This document shows, in pieces, positions 60,201 through 64,000 of a stretch of 64,000 nt of DNA. How positions within the stretch are numbered: the first letter of the stretch is position 1; the number at the start of each line of letters is the position of its first letter. The stretch lies in assembly GCF_009914755.1 (NCBI RefSeq), contig NC_060929.1; one strand, given 5' to 3'. Below the pieces are notes generated by a model. The model ran no database searches, had not been told where the DNA came from, and saw only the letters and a program-made list of their open reading frames with translations. Source of the stretch: the human T2T-CHM13v2.0 reference genome, Homo sapiens. The translations under genes and the position numbers were made by a program.

Positions 60201-61619
60201 TTTATTTTCTGTGTAATACATATAAGTATATTTGAATGCATTTTCTTGTTATACAGGCAATTTTGCTCTTCCTGTCTTGAAAATTGAAAGGCCAACTAAA
60301 GTGTAATATAAAAATTATTGGAATACATTCAAGTCCACAATTCTTTCACTCCTCAAAAGATACCCCGAAACAACTGTCATTAAAACATAACGCAAAGTCA
60401 TTTAAAAGGAGCCAATTGTTTCATCATTGCAGCAAACATCTTTTCAAAGTGGGAGCAATCGTGTTTAAATACACAATAAAATGTGTATAAAATATTTTTT
60501 TATGAAAGCAGCTTTGTGCAAAAGATGAATTTTGACACTGTATCCAATAAGTGAATGTTCTAAATAATTCTATTGCAAATGAATTGGTTTGAATATTTCT
60601 TATTTCTTTGTAACTAGATTTCATGCGTAAATCATAAATATGGGAGATGACATGTTAGCAAGCATGGAAAAACAAATTCTCCGTCAATTGAGTGGCATCC
60701 AATATCACAATCAAGCAACACTGAGTAAAGCTGTGGATTTCACCCTGTAAATCATGATTAGGTTTGAATGTGATCCCTTAATGATCTTAAGTAATGAATT
60801 TGCTTCTGGTGTTCAAGCAGTAGGACAGGTCCCTGTGGTGGGAACATATGTCTGTCTTTAAAACTGCTGATTTGAAATGGTACCTCTTCAAATGTTCTCA
60901 TTATATCCTTTTATAATGGCTCTATGTTTCCCTTCTAACAATATTCTTTCTAAAATGAATTATTGTCTGGTTAAGAAGTCAATGACAGTCTCTTGAGATG
61001 ACTTCTTAGAGAGTAAATTTATTTTAGAAATTCATATCGTACAAAAGAAAACATAAAATCATTGTAATAGGTTGAAAGGAAGCTCCCCACACAGTCCTGA
61101 CTGACAGAGAAGAGAAAGCAATCTTAAATCTTGGCTTCTTTCCTCACGCTGGCAATAAGGGTGCCAATAAGTGCTGATTATGATGGTGGTTTTTTATGAG
61201 GTAGACACCTGTTAAGTAGGAACTGGACTGTGACCATCAACTCATTTCCCACACACCACTAAACAGCTATCCATTTTTTTAATGACTTTTGGCCAATGTT
61301 CATTTCTAAGCCAGTAGTTCTAATATGGCCCAGGTTGGTATTACACCACTTAAACTCCCCAATGTATACGAATAAAATAGAATTGAAATAATCTCTTTTA
61401 AGCAGAAATACAATATGATACGGTAAATGGCATTCTAAAAAATAAAAAAATAACTTTGACTAAAATATTATTTTTATCTGTAAGTAAAATATATTCAAAC
61501 GTATATAACATTCGTATGACATATACATGAACTCAATGTTGTAGCCATATCCATGTGTAGTTATGCAAAAAGGGACACGCATAAATGCATAGCAGCATTG
61601 CTGCAGACCACCTTAATAT

Positions 61620-62230
61620 TGTTACTATACACATACACACCTCTCTGAGTTTCCATGTAGTGCTTCTCAAGCACAGTTATAAACATGTTAATTCCTTAGT
61701 GAAAAACCTTCCCTGGCATCCTATTTCTTATCATTTCTTAACACAGCCATCTAAGTCCTCCATGGTGTATCCAGTCTGTTTTTCTAGGCTTACCATTAAA
61801 TATCTCCATCCTTTTCCGTATGTATGTACATATTCTGTTCCAGTAATATCAAACTGTTACTGCATTACAGGTCCTGAGGTTTCTTAACTATCTTTTGTTA
61901 TCTTTTTATTTTCACTAATAGTTTTCCTCCCATAAGTCTACCTAGAAAACTCTATTAACTTTACCAAGTCCTATTTAAGTGGTGTTCTTTACATATTCTT
62001 CCTAATTCCCCTATTTAGAATTATTACCTCTTTCTTTTGCGTTCACATAGTAAATTATACCTTTCTCACATCACTGATCAAACAGGTGGATATTTTACTC
62101 TCAAATGATTATATTTGTTCAACTACTTATATTCCCAACTAGACTGTAAGTTTCATGGGTTCTGGGGCTACACTCTCAACAATTGGTCAAGCAGAGATCA
62201 TGCCATGTTCTAGCATCCATGGGAACAAAT
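61620..62230. mobile_element. L2 fragments
   Basis: gaaaaaccttccctggcatcc, cctagaaaactcta, cccaactagactgtaagtttcatg. Confidence 0.55.
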
Positions 62231-63427
62231 GTGGGGCAAGAAGGATATAGGGAGGAATATCTGTAAATGGATCCTAGGCAGTCAGTTGGTAAGAGGGAAA
62301 GCTCTTAAAAATACTTCTTGATTATATTTCCTACATTCCTCATAGTTTGCACTGCTTGCTTGAAATGTTTTTAATCCCTCTCCTAAGTTAATATTTATGT
62401 CAAGTATTCCAACTTAAACTAATTTGTTGAAAAGATGTCATGTTTGGAAACTTTTCTCAGGTGGAAAGACTGCTGCCTGTATCCAACTCTACATACATTT
62501 GAGTCCAGTGCTATGCAAATATGATAACGAAAACTCAGAGAGGCTTGTTGATATGCTGTATTTCAATGGGTAAGTCTAAAATCCTGATGAAAATAAAATC
62601 TGCTCTGATTTTTACATTTATAAACTGAGACACCATCTGACAACTGGGCAGCAATATGCAAATAGATTTGCTGGGATTTTTAAGCAGCTTTCCCTGTAAT
62701 TCAGATGTGCATAGTGCAGAAAGTCTCCTTTGCTTTCTGCACATGTCCAAAGTAACTGTTCTAAATCTGATATGAACCTGTCCCCTTATCCCAGTGAAAA
62801 AATACTGCTATGGGAGCTAAATTGGGCTGGGAGAAAAAGACTGAGACCACCAAGTATTTTCAGAATGACCCCAAAGGCCATCTGTCTTTCTGACTTGTAA
62901 CTGATATTGGTGCTAAGACTTTGGTAGATCAGTTCCAGCCCAGACAGCTCTCATTTTATGTATATAGAAATAAAATGAGCTTTGGGTTACAAATAATCAG
63001 CTTAATAACAACATCAGCATCTGCTCAATATTATAGTTATTCCTAACCTTGGTTGGATTCCTACTTTGCATTCTAATCTCCCAGAGTGTAGTTTTTACCA
63101 TAGAACTAACCGTCTGCTTTGTACTTAAGAATATAGGTTCCAACTATTTAACCCCAACTCTTCATTTTACACTACTAAATTTACTTTACCCACGCGAATA
63201 TTCCATTTTCCTTATTTGTAACATTTATAGTTTAGCAATCTTACCATGCTTTGTTTATATATTTTTCCGTGCAAATAGGGGTTTTGATACTTTACTATCC
63301 TTTATTAATTTGCTTGCTTTATATACACATATATTTCTTGTCTCATACTCTTGGCTTAGCAAAACTTTCCATCCATCATTTATCTGTTTCTTGAGTCTAT
63401 GTTGTAACGTGTCCTCCTCTTTGTTGA

Positions 63428-63735
<308 letters not shown>

Positions 63736-64000
63736 CTGGTGCTTCTCTTAAATGCCATTTCCGTTAATACCTGCTAGAAGACAGCTGACAACTAATATGC
63801 CCACTGATAAGAGGTGTGCCTCCTTTTAAAATATAATTGAATGTAATAGGCCCTCTAGAAATGTGTAAATAGAGAGGATCTCAGGTCCCATTCCTGATGT
63901 TTAATTTTCAGGACCAGAGCTAAATTAGCAAAAGAGGTTAAGAACTAGTAATGAACTAGACTTATTTTGCCAATTAGAATTACTGCAGTGTTGACAGGCC

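Overview
AT-rich primate genomic DNA, almost certainly human because it carries an Alu with all five AluYa5 diagnostic bases. It looks like a gene desert or very large intron, and I recognise no cellular protein-coding gene. Nearly all long ORFs come from LINE-1 or Alu. The window holds three large L1s: a rearranged L1PA7/8-like element (about 1-4810), a probably chimeric L1PB/L1PA15-16 element (about 17700-23320), and a full-length minus-strand L1PA2/3 (51252-57294) with dead ORF1/ORF2 but an open, C-terminally extended ORF0. It also has seven Alus or Alu fragments, MaLR/ERVL solo LTRs (including an MLT2A1), Tigger2a, MER3 and MER20 DNA transposons, and L2/MIR/old L1M debris. The main unexplained structures are a 111-bp-arm inverted repeat (34503-34784), a multi-junction template-switch L1, an ancient L1MC piece bracketed by a near-perfect 35-bp duplication, a CpG-retaining but otherwise diverged Alu, an MLT2A1 with a consensus DUX4 site, and several non-repeat islands with clustered TALE/HOX/POU/E-box motifs. 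I do not see a clearly new biological system. Subfamily calls are from memory of consensus sequences and need RepeatMasker/Dfam confirmation.
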